Shown here in pieces: positions 10,945 to 21,892 of a stretch of 64,000 nt of DNA (its first letter is position 1; every line of letters begins with the position of its first letter). Source of the stretch: Squalus acanthias. Lineage: Eukaryota. The stretch spans positions 138,448,001-138,512,000 of the forward strand of contig CM059432.1 of assembly GCA_030390025.1 (NCBI GenBank), read 5' to 3'. Position numbers and translations under genes: made by a program. The notes beneath the pieces are model-generated. The model saw nothing but the letters and a program-made list of their open reading frames with translations, had not been told where the DNA came from and ran no database searches.

Positions 10945-13900
10945 CTATTGTTTTTCAAATTCAGTTACATATAACAGATGGTCCTCTGGAGACTTGCCAT
11001 GTGTTTTGCTAAGGTGCAGTTTGACCGCATGTTTGCTTGCAAAAGTTCGGTTGCACATTTTACACTGGAATGTAGAGCTTATGTCCTCCTCTGACATCCC
11101 AACTGAACTCAGTGACTTATTTGGTATGACCTTCGCAATTGCCTGTTGTTCTCGAATCTGCTCTATTGATAACTTCGAGAGATCCTTCATAGAAAACCCT
11201 AAGTGAGATTCCAAATGGCCTATGTAGCTGGAAGGAGTCCTAAACTGAGAGGCACAATCATTACAGAAGAAAACCGGGTGACCTGTGTCTAAGTTCTTCA
11301 GGAATTTAGTTCCACCTGTCCTTCTCAATTGATACTTTACATTGGCCAGCCAATGGCTTATCGTGGTCATGGAGAGACCAGTAAACTTTGAAATGTGCAC
11401 CCGCTCATGTAGGGTTAGGTCCGACATAACGTATTTGCCTTCAGAGGACTCCCGTAAGCTCGCTGCAAACTGAGCTTGGAGTATCAGAAGGTGCTGAGGG
11501 TTCCAGTTAGATTGTCTGCCCTTTCTCTTCTGTATTGGAGATATGTCTTCGAAGGTATCCTCAAAGCTACTTACATCTGCTTCAGACTTTTCCGAGACAG
11601 TTGACGGGGTCGACGACTTGGGTGTCAGTCGCCCCGTGAGGTTTTTGACCATGTCGGATATGTCCAATAATGCATTTTCCCGCGATGAGGAGAGTATTGT
11701 TTCTGTCATGGCTGAAATGAGCTTCTTGTTGCTTTTTGATTTTGTTAAGTCTATTGGCTGATCATTGTTTTCGTAGTAGTACCGATCTACAATATCTGCT
11801 TGTTTGACCTGAGCAGCAGGGAATATGGGCTTGTCCAACACACTGTTGCTTATTTTGTACAGCATGGCCAATGGATCAAGGCTAGGGCTCAAGGGCTTGG
11901 CAGCCTTGCCCAAATGTGTGTTCATAATTGACTGTAGTGCACTAAGTGGATTGACAAATGGCGACTCAGGTGAATGGTCTGTAATAATTGCCATGCTGTT
12001 GCAACCATTGCTAACTGTTGATTTTAAACATTCCGTCCCATTCGGAGAAGGGCTCTCTAAATTGGTCTCCTTCTTCACTGTCACTTCCTCCCCCTCACCA
12101 TTTTTCTTCAGCTGTGTTGAACTGTCGAGGTCTTCAGCTTTGGGAGGGTCCTTAACACTGGGCGAGGGCGAACCACAGGTTGTTTTGGTCATGGGCGTAG
12201 TAACCATTGGCTCTTTCTCCGCCGGTTTCTCTTCCGGTTTGATGGTCATTTGACCCGTTACCTTCTCCACAAGTTCCTCCATAGCGTGGACATTGCTCTT
12301 TTGAGGTGGAGGCGATTGGCACTCTGAAGGCTCCACTGCTGCCAGATGCTCCGAAGACAAGGCATTTATGCTGTTAGCATAGAATGGGGTCAATTGAACA
12401 TTCTGCACTGTTGGTTGAAAGGGTCGTATGGTCCCAGAAAGCTGATATGCAGCATGAATGCTGGAGTAGCCTCCCCAGGTAGGCGCACCATTCTGGGCTT
12501 TGTTGATCGCAGTGGTGACTGTGTTCTCGAGAGATTTCAGTATATCAATTCCACCTTTGGGACTTTCATCCAGGTCCTCTTCCCGGAGATACTGGTACTG
12601 TGAAGTGGACTCAAACTTTTCCACAGAATCGTCTTTTTCCTCTTTTATCTCTCGTTCCTTCTCATTATCTTCCAGTGGCTCGTCCTCGTACTCCTTCCTC
12701 TGCTCGACAACCGGCGGAGGTGGAGTTTCAGGCTTCACTTGCGTGGTGGGCGGTGCAACTCTGGTCGGTGTGGAAGGCGGCAAGGGTATCGACTGGACTT
12801 TCTCCTCCACCACCGTGTCGAAAACCAGCTGCTTCCCTTTCTTGGAGGCAGAGTTGGTGACTTTTAAGAAATGGCCGGTCACCATCATGTGAGCCGTCAG
12901 CTGCTGCAAGGTGTCGTGGGAGCTGCCGCACTCCATGCACTTCAGTATCTGGGCTTTCCGAGCCTCAAACTGCCATGTGTAGCTGGCGCCGTTCTGGTAG
13001 CCATAGCGGTTGTTGGGGGTCACGTAGGGATTGGCAGCTTTCTGCGCAGAAGCCGATTCTCCCACGGCCATCCCCGAGGGATTGAGCGTGGACTCCGGCG
13101 AGCAAGGCTGAGCCTCGTGCTGGACTCGTCTTTTGTTGGGGGGAAGCAGCTTCGACGTGAGGGCTGGCACTGGCTCTTTGAGAGGCACTTTCTGGTAATG
13201 CTTAGTCTTGATCATATGGACGCTGAGATCTTGCAAGGACTCGAAGGAGTGTCCGCAGTACATGCACTTCAATACCTTCTGCGCGTCCTCCTTGCCCTCC
13301 ATCTCCATGAGGGAGCGTTTCCTGGGCTTGGACCACTTGCGAGGGTTGTTTGCATCTTTGTCCCGGTTGTCGTCGCGGTAGTGTCCTGTCTCGTTCATGT
13401 GCACGGTCAGTTCCACCAGGGTGTCGTAGGCAGAGCTGCAGTCCTTGCACCGGAACTTACTGGCCCCGGTGAACACGGAGCCAAACAACTTGCTCTGCTG
13501 CCTGTAAAGCTGCACCGTGCTGAACAGACTGGGCTCGGGCATTATTCCGTAAGAGGTCTGCTGGAGAGTTTTGGCCAACGCGGCCTGGTGCCAGTCATAG
13601 CCCGTCCCGCCGCCGTTGCCGTTGTGGCTGCTGCCGTTGTGGCTGCTGCCGTTGCTGCTGGTGCTGGCGCTGGCCTGGTTGGCGTTCTTCAGGTCGAGAC
13701 CGAGGTTGGTCCAGTAAGAGCTGCTCAAAAGATTGGAGTAGGCCGCTTTCATCTGAGCTAAGCTGTCCCGCGAAGCTTGCAAGTTGTCCGCGCCCAGCCC
13801 GTCCTCTTTCTCCTGCCCGTCCTTGGAGGACGTGCTCCGCAAGTCGGCCAGCTGGTCACTGGTGTCGCTGGTGGGTGACCCGTAGCCAGGATCCGGATTG

Positions 13901-14063
13901 TTTGGCGTGCTGACAGGCGAATTCTGGTAACTGGCCGCCTCTTTGCTTTCTTCTTCTTCCGCGTGCATGAACTCATGTTCCTGGTCACCTCCCAGAGGCT
14001 GTTCCTCGTCATTCAGGTCTTGGTTGAGTTCTGCCGCCTTCAGCTCTTCCTCAGGAACGTAAG
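10945..14063 (-). CDS. TSHZ1-like (TSHZ2?): Teashirt zinc finger homeobox protein, large second coding exon (closest overall to TSHZ1; may be the TSHZ2 orthologue). First coding exon not found in the window
   Basis: The 1007-aa ORF extends upstream in frame to the acceptor tcttttcttcgccAG|CT TAC GTT CCT GAG GAA GAG CTG AAG GCG GCA GAA (phase 1; A-YVPEEELKAAE, the TSHZ exon-2 start). It has three N-terminal C2H2 fingers (CKDC, CMYC, CMEC), a PIDLT CtBP-type motif, the atypical homeodomain KRKGRQSNWNPQHLLILQAQF...HWLANVKYQLRR, two C-terminal C2H2 fingers and ends YVTEFEKQ*. Family is certain; paralogue is not. Confidence 0.96.
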
Positions 14064-14085
14064 CTGGCGAAGAAAAGATATATAA
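14064..14085 (-). promoter_or_regulatory. 3' splice site (polypyrimidine tract plus AG) of the TSHZ coding exon
   Basis: Minus strand tatcttttcttcgccAG lies directly before the conserved exon start. Confidence 0.9.
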
Positions 14086-14164
14086 ATGAAAGATTACTTA
14101 GAGCTGGGCATGGGTGGGGGGGGTGGTGGGGGGGGGGGAAATGCGTCATTTCAAAACATGAAAT

Positions 14165-14290
14165 TAGGAACATAGGAACAAGAGGAGGCCATTCAGCCCC
14201 TCGAGCCTGTTCCGCCATACAACGAGATCGTGGCTGATCTGTATCTTAACTCCATCTACCCGTCATATCCCTTAATACCCTTACCTAAAT
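14165..14290 (-). mobile_element. CR1 3' tail
   Basis: (ggaacata) tail plus gaggccattcagcccctcgagcctg. Confidence 0.75.
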
Positions 14291-15214
14291 TGATTTTACA
14301 GTTAATGTGTAGAGTATTTTCCTAACTTCCGATTTACATTAAGCTAAATTTTAACACGTTTTATTTTGCTGCAGAAATGTTACTGAGCTTTCTTAGAAAG
14401 TTAATGTCATTACGCCTCTTTGAAAAAATATCAACTATTAGCCATACGGTGTTTTTTTTCTGTGTGAGACAAAAAAAATATATACAGATATGCCTCATTG
14501 AGAGTGCGTAACGAAAAATAAACATTGGCCCCGATTTTAACTGCCCCCACCTGGCGGAAACTGGGCCGGGGTAGGAGGCGGATAAAATAACAAATGATAG
14601 TTACCCACTCCGATCCCCCTTCCTTCCCAACGTGTCCCCCATATTAACTTGCTGTTCCGAGCAGGCGAGCAGGACACCCGCAGCAAGGAAGTGGAGTCCT
14701 ACTTTAAATATGCAATTGGGCTGATGATGTCATCAGGATCCGATCTGCAATTTTAACCCGAGGCCTGAGCGAGGGAGTGGGGTTGGGTGGGAGATGCAGC
14801 GTCAGCTCCCCCCGTCAGGCAAAACCTGGAGCCGGATCCTGGGCAAAACCTGGAGCTGGATCCTGGGCAAAACCTGGAGCCGGATCCTGGGCAAAACCTG
14901 GAGCCAGATCCTGGGCAAAACCTGGAGCCGGATACTGGGCAAAACCTGGAGCTGGATACAGGGCCAAACCTGGAGCTGGATACTGGGCCAAACCTGGAGC
15001 CGGATACTGGGCAAAACCTGGAGCCGGATACAGGGCAAAACCTGGAGCCGGATACAGGGCAAAACCTGGAGCTGGATACAGGGCAAAACCTGGAGCTGGA
15101 TACAGGGCAAAACCTCTCGGGAGCTGGATCCTGGGCAAAACCTGGAGCTGGATACTGGGCAAAACCTGGAGCTGGATACTGGGTCAAACCTGGTGCTGGA
15201 TACTGGGCAAAACC

Positions 15215-15320
15215 TAAATAACAACAGAAAACGCTGGAAAAACTCAGCGGGCCAGACAACATCCGTGGAGAGAGAAAGAGTTAACGTTTCAGATCGATGA
15301 CCTTTCGTCAGAACTGGGAA
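15215..15320 (-). mobile_element. Penelope-like element terminal fragment
   Basis: Homologous to the left arm of the 30349-30570 element. Confidence 0.65.
15279..15315 (-). ncRNA. Minimal type I hammerhead ribozyme motif
   Basis: Minus strand AGTT-CTGACGA-A-AGGTC-ATC-GATCT-GAAA-CG-TT-AACT: stem I 4 bp, stem II 5 bp (one G.U), complete core, palindromic ACGT stem III. Confidence 0.6.
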
Positions 15321-15661
15321 GAGCCAGAAATCAAACCTCTCGGGAGCTGGATCCTGGGCAAAACCTGGAGCTGGATCCTGGGCAAAACCTGGAGCTGGAT
15401 ACTGGGCCAAACCTCTTGGGAGCTGGATCCTGGGCAAAACTTGGAGCTGGATCCTGGACCAAACCTCTCTAGGAGCCAGATCCAGGGACAGAAGAGGCCC
15501 AGAAGGGAAGTTTTAGATTTATTTTTCAGGTGTCCTTGTGGGCCATGAGGGGCTAGGAGTTAAGATTGGCAGGGCCTCCACATCACCGGCCTTGCTGGGT
15601 TTTCCCCACACTGCTCCCGCACGCTCCCCGCCTTCCCGTTAATATCGAGGCCATTGTGTTC

Positions 15662-16682
15662 ACAGAATCACAGAATCCCCACAGTACAGATAGAGGCCAT
15701 TTCGGCCCATCGAGCCTGCACCGACACATATCCCACCCTATCCCCGTAACCCCACGTATTTAATCCCCCCTAACATATCCCACCCTATCCCTGTAACCCC
15801 ACGTATTTAATCCCCCCTAACACTAAGGGTCAATTTATCATAGCCAAATCAACCTAACCCGCACATCTTTGGACTGTGGGAGGAAACCGGAGCACCCGGA
15901 GGAAACTCTTTACAATCTATATTAACGATTTGGAGGAAGGGACCAAGTGTAACATATCAAAATTTGCAGATGATACAAAGATGGGAGGGAAAGTAGTGAG
16001 TGAGGAGGACATAAAAAACCTGCAAGGGGACATAGACAGGCTAAGTAAGTGGGCAGAGATTTGGCAGATGGAATACAACACTGGAAAGTGTGAGGTGATG
16101 CACTTTGGCAGGAAAAATCCTAGAGCAACTTATTATCTTAATGGCAAGAAACTGGAGAGTACTGAAGTGCAAAGGGATCTGGGGGTCCTGGTGCACGAAA
16201 CTCAAAAGGTTAGTATGCAGGTGCAGCAAGTGATTAAGAAGGCAAATGGAATGTTGGCTTTCATTGCTAGGGGGATAGAATTTAAAAATAGGGAGGTATT
16301 GCTTCAGTTGTACAAGGTATTGGTGAGACCGCACCTGGAATACTGCATACAGTTTTGGTGTCCTTACTTAAGGAAAGACATCCTTGCTCTCGAGGCAGTG
16401 CAAAAAAGGTTCACTCGGTTAATCCCGGGGATGAGGGGGTGGTCATATGAGGAGAGGTTGGGTAGATTGGGACTCTACTCATTGGATTTCAGAAGAATGA
16501 GAGGCGATCTTATTGAAACATATAAGATTGTGAAGGGGTTGGATCGGGTGGATGTTATGTTCTTAAACCCACGCAGACACGGGGAGAATGTGCAAACTCC
16601 ACACAGACAGTCACCCGAGGCCAGATTTGAACCCGGGTCCCTGGCGCTGTGAGGCAACAGTGCTAACCACTATGCCACCGTG
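15662..16682 (-). mobile_element. HE1 SINE interrupted by a CR1 fragment
   Basis: HE1 tail and body at 15662-15906, head at 16565-16682. Confidence 0.88.
15907..16564 (+). mobile_element. CR1 LINE RT fragment (open frame)
   Basis: LFTIYINDL...SKFADDTK...RPHLEYC...RGDLIETYKI; AAAC duplicated at both junctions. Confidence 0.92.
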
Positions 16683-18296
16683 TTGCCGTGTTAGTGGAAC
16701 AGGAGCGTCAACAGTAAAAAAGGGCAGATTCGTGGTTTTACACTGGTGACTGTGGGTGCATAAACCACTGCAAAAGTTCAAAATGATCGCTGAATAATAT
16801 TTTGAGGTTATCGATCCCAAGAAAATAATACAGTTGTGGCTTATTTATTCCCTAAAATACTAATATTGCCACACAATACAACTGATGCAACAGTGTGTTT
16901 CCACCCCATTAAGAATTCTTATGCTGAGCCAGATTTAATGTTAAGCGACACTGCATATTACACCGTTTTATTTTATTAAGTTATTATTTAATTCTATGTG
17001 TTAAAATGCTAATACTGAAATGTGAGAGGTCCTTAAAAAAAGTAAGAGTATGTGAGCACTTTACGCTCATTGTAATGTGGCATTGATTTCTACTCTGCAT
17101 TGAGAAGTGACTGAATTGCATGTTTTCTCTTCCCTATTTCTTTTTATATATCAAGTCCTATCTCTGGTCCACAAATCTTTCCCGTTAGTGAACAGTCAGA
17201 TGGGCTGCCACCTTCAAAAGACTGTTGAAATGTAGCATCACCCAATTAAAGCGGAGAGATCGGTAATAGTGGATCTTTGTTAACAGAGCAGAATTGTGCT
17301 TTTAACAGAAAGATGCATCTAACAAGAATTTGTCTGCCGAAATGTTGCATATTCTTAACAATAAGCAAAAATGGTGAGCGTCGAAGTCGCGCAACTGCCC
17401 ATCAAAAGCAAACTGGAACGGGAATAATAGAAGAAAGAATTAAGGTCAGACACCAAGCAAAACTATTTTTTTTTAAATGCAATCCTCCATAAATATTTTT
17501 TGAAAAACATGGGGTAAATCGCACTGTATAACAGTAGGAACTAAGGGCTATTCAAATGATAATGAGCAGAGAGCAATTTTTGTGAATGAGTGTAAAATTA
17601 GTAACTGACAGCAACATATGTTATAGAATAAAGGAAATGGGTACATATGCAGAGAATGATTGCAAGCATGAAGTAAATTTACACGCTCAATATTTTATCC
17701 CAAAACACAGATACGTGACTGAAGCAACATCTACTGTGTCAGTGGAACGCTACTTCCTGGTTACCGACCGAAAAACCCGAGATTCGTCTAACTACAATCT
17801 TGTATTTTGATCTGTGAAATGAGAAAGAAGCCCATTTCTATAATCGACCCAACAACAAGGTACAGCAGCAAGTACTGCAGATGGAGGCAATAGATCTGAG
17901 GACATCCAAAGTCTTAGCTTGTCATTCGAAGTGTTTTATGGAGTCAGGAATGGAAAGAGTGCGCAGTCTTTTAAATACTTCATATCACCCGTGGTTCTTT
18001 AACTGTCTTATCCCCTTCATCGGGCCAAACTTCCTGTGTATTCGGCTTTGAAAACTATACTTCCTTTACTCAGATTAATGAAAGGCTGTTTCACGCACGC
18101 TCTCACATACAATACATAAAAATTCAATCTGGTAAACCTTCCCTGAAAGAAAATCGATCAGAAAAGTTTTTGGGTCACAGTGGGAATTGACCGCCGCCCT
18201 ACGATTTTGTCCCAACATAAAAGATTAGTGACACAATCGACATGAAATTCCCTCGAGTATCTTACAGTCTTGCATCTTTCTAACATTAAAATCTAG

Positions 18297-18806
18297 TAAC
18301 TTGGCTGTCCGTATCCTAACTCGCACCAAGTCCCGTTCGCCCATCACCCCCTGTGCTCGCTAACCTCCATTGGCTCCCGGTTAAGCAGCGCCTCGATTTC
18401 AAAATTCTCATCCTTGTTTTCAAATCCCTCCATGGCCTCACCCCTCCCTCTCTCTCTCTGTCATCTCCTTCAGCCCCCACAACTCCCCGAGATATCTGCG
18501 CTCTTCAAATTCTGCCCTCTTGAGCATCCCTGATTATAATCGCACAACCTTTGGTGGCAGTGCCTTCAGCTGCCTAGGTCCTAAGCTCTGGAATTCCCTG
18601 CCTAAACCTCTCGACCTCTCTACCTCTCTTTCCTCCTTTAAGACGCTCCTTAAAACCAACCTCTTTGACCAAGCTTTTGGTCACCTGCCCTAATTTCTCC
18701 TTAGGAGGCTCGGTGTCAAATCTTTTGTCTTTTAATACTCCTGTGCAGCGCCTTGGGACGTTCTACTACGTTAAAGGCTCTATATAAATATAAGTTGTTG
18801 TTGTTG
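18297..18806 (+). mobile_element. L2 LINE 3' end
   Basis: LHWLPVKQRLDFKILILVFKSLHGL remnant, (GTT)n tail. Confidence 0.88.
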
Positions 18807-18960
18807 TAGTATTGTGACAGTGCAATGCTAAAATGGTACTTCTTTCAGCTTCTTGGGTCAGTTCTTAATTATGAAATAATTACTTGTTCATTACACATTA
18901 TTATCAACCTGTAAATGTACAATTTTGAATTCTAGCAGCCCAGAGTTGAACTGAGATATT

Positions 18961-19620
18961 GGCCCAGAATTTGCTGGAGTGGGACATCTCTTGGCGTGCC
19001 CTGTTGGTTGCTTTTTCCCTCACCCTTCAGCTCGAAAAAATTTTTGCGCCGTAACTTGCTGGAAGTGAGAGCTGATAACGGGGCATCTGGGACCTTTGTG
19101 AATGACGGGACGAACTGTCAATCTCCTCAAGCAATGAGGTTTGAGGATTGAGAAAGAAACAGAGGAACTACAGAGAAGGAAATAGGGTGCATTAGAGTCA
19201 AATGAGGTACAGAAAGAGAAATAAAGTGAAGGAAAGAAAGATTGGGGTAAGAGAGAGAGAAAAAAAAGAGACAGGAAGGAAAAGTAAGAAAAAAAAGTAG
19301 AACAATTTACTACCTGCAGGAATGAGACTCCAGTTTCAATTGTTCCCTTTCTGGGCCGGGGAGGTTGAGTGGCATTGCAGGAACATAAATCGTGTCATTA
19401 AAAGGGTTCTTACGCTGTTAAGTACCAGCCCTAACTTTCTGCAGCAAGTTTTATTGTTAATTAATGCGCAGTTGCAGCAATTTCTTGAATCTCACGGGGA
19501 GGTTGATGGCGAGATGCCATTTATTTGCGAGGCCGACGGTGACGCAACTTGTCCATCAATTTTCGGCGATTTGCAACTCACGGCGGATCTCTGTCCCGTC
19601 ACAAGCTACTGGACGGTTTA
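18961..19620. mobile_element. Harbinger-like non-autonomous element, inverted relative of 2637-3888
   Basis: GGCCCAGAATTTGCTG terminus; internal homology to the reverse complement of 2700-3310 and 3750-3888. Confidence 0.65.
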
Positions 19621-19685
19621 CACCATCATTTTGTTTTACAGTTAGAAAATCAAACGTGTTGATTTGTTTCAGGAAACTGTTTAGA

Positions 19686-20109
19686 AACATAGAAACATAG
19701 AAACATAGAATCTAGGAGCAGGAGTAGGCCATTCGGCCCGTCGAGCCTGCTCCACCATTCAATACGATCATGGCTGATCATCCAAATCCAGTACCCTGTC
19801 CCCTGCTTTAATCCCCACAGTACACATATCCCACCCTACCCCCGTAACCCCACGTATTTAATTCCCCCGAACATATCCCATCCTATCCCCATAACCCCAC
19901 ATATTTAATCCCCCCCTAACACTAAGGGTCAATTTATCATAGCCAAATCAACCTAACCCGCACATTTTTGGACTGTGGGAGGAAACCGGAGCACCCGGAG
20001 GAAACCCACGCAGACACGGGGAGAATGTGCAAACTCCACACAGACAGTCACCCGAGGTCAGATTCGAACCCGGGTCCCTGGCGCTGTGAAGCACCAGTGC
20101 TAACCACCA
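19686..20109 (-). mobile_element. HE1 SINE
   Basis: Full body; TGTTTAGA repeated at 19678-19685 and 20110-20117 (TSD). Confidence 0.9.
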
Positions 20110-21619
20110 TGTTTAGAGTTTAATACAAAACATTAGCACTTCTAGTACGTCGGAGTATTAAAGATTGATAGCACTGGTAAAAAAAAACTGCTCTCTGACG
20201 GTGATCTGGCAACTGGAGAAAAAGCACAAATGTCCGTTAGATCAATATGAGTGAATGACTGGTGCAAGTAACCGTATTGATAACAAGCCACTTGCTATAA
20301 CACACCCGCTTTAACGTAATTTGAACTGATTACGGGCGAAAGAGAAAAAGGGAGCCTTGTTTGTAACCAAAGAATCAAGTTCTATAGGCTCTTTAGCAGC
20401 CCATATTTGAACCTATATTTAGATTTCAAATCATAGCCTCCTGGTATTAGATTTCAACTTTAGCCTACTTTATTTGTACTGTATTTACTGAGGATGTTTG
20501 TGAGATCTTATTTTTCCAGCAAATCATGTCGGTGGCAGCAGCAAACTGGATTCCACAGGCAATCATCCAGACTCAGAAACAGGATTATCGCTTGGTGTTG
20601 CAAGCTTTTAGAAAAAAAAAGACTGGCGAAATTTACACCGACCAGCATTTTACCACTTAAGTGCATTAGCTGAAACAAGATTTTATTTTTTTTAAATGCA
20701 AAAAAATGATTCAGTCACCATCTGAAGTCAGTCCAAGTTGTGTAGATAGTGGTAAAGGCTAGTGCAATATGTTGAAGTTGTGCAGTGTTGTTTTCCACTG
20801 CTGTGAAGGGTTGTTTTCTCCAACTCTCTGCATTAGTGATGCTCTTTCCCCACCTCCCCCCCACCCCCCACCCACCCCCAACCCGGCTTTGCAACAGAAA
20901 ATACTTGGGTCAGTGCTTAACTTGCGCTCGAATCGAATTCAAGAACGAAACAGCCCACAATGCATGTCACTCAGTTTGTCAACATTGCGGGTCGAAATCT
21001 CTTTAGATGTCTGCCTGCTGCCAGTTTGAACGCAAATCCCTCCCAGGGAACAGGGCTTGTAGTCAGAAAACCAATAACATAGGCAAGTCATCATAGGGCA
21101 TGTCACTTACCCAATGTAAACCCTCTATATGGTTTCACATAGTTCCCTGCTGATAGCCAGCCCCCCTACCCCCCTCTCCGTTTCCCAATGAACATTCCAA
21201 TGTACTGCACATATATTAAATTAATGCACGCTTCTTGCACAGAACAATTAATTTACCAAATTAAAAATCACATTCCGTTGATGAGTAGAGCATCTCTGTT
21301 ATTAAAGGGCAGGGAGATGCATAGCAGATGATGTGATTGTACAACATTTATTCAAAGAGATTTCACCCTTCTCACTTTCGCCTACAGTGAATCTCAGTCT
21401 CTACTTCCTCCTACAAGCTTCAGGTTTTTAATAAGCCCAAAGCTTGGTGTCACCCAATCACTTTTTCCCAATTGACTTGATCTACCCTTTTCTTTCTTTC
21501 AAACTTGGTGGTGTCCTGCACTACGAACCTTGACCTCTCACCTCGGTTTTCCGATAATAAAACAAGACCAGATACCTCACTCTTGGGGGGAAAAAAATAG
21601 ATCTAGCATCATGCATCTT

Positions 21620-21892
21620 TTTTAAGGTAATTGGCAAAAGAACCAAAGGCGAGAGGAGAAGAGATCTTCTTTACGCAATGAGTTGCTACGATCTGGAATG
21701 CACTGCCTGAAAGGGCGGTGGAAGCAGATTCAATAGTAACTTTCAAAAGGGAATTAGATATATACTTCAGGGGGAAAGATTTGCAGGGCTATGGGGAAAG
21801 AGCAGTGGGACTAATTGGATAGCTCTATATCGAAGAGCCAGCACAGGCACGGTGGGCCGAATGGCCTCCTTCTGTGCTGTGTGGTTCTATGA
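21620..21892 (+). mobile_element. CR1 LINE 3' fragment
   Basis: FKVIGKRTKG...WNALPE; same subfamily as the 43641-45477 copy. Confidence 0.85.

Larger units (their letters stand above)
14818..15480. repeat. 24-bp minisatellite GGGCAAAACCTGGAGC(T/C)GGAT(A/C)C(T/A), about 16 plus about 5 units, split by a Penelope fragment
   Basis: Visible tandem units; 8-aa periodicity in all frames. Confidence 0.95.
14527..15652. mobile_element. PIF/Harbinger-like non-autonomous element carrying a minisatellite
   Basis: TIRs GGCCCCGATTTTAAC / GTTAATATCGAGGCC (13/15 match), ATT TSD on both sides. Confidence 0.72.

Noticed and set aside
12871..13761. 296-aa plus-strand ORF and other ORFs antisense to the TSHZ exon
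   Set aside because: Shadow of GC3-rich coding sequence; no recognisable domain
14753..15548. Multiple ORFs with 8-aa repeats; array superficially CRISPR-like
   Set aside because: Stop-free minisatellite with no unique spacers, in a eukaryotic context
15876..16652. 258-aa ORF as a host gene
   Set aside because: CR1 RT fragment fused by chance to antisense HE1 sequence
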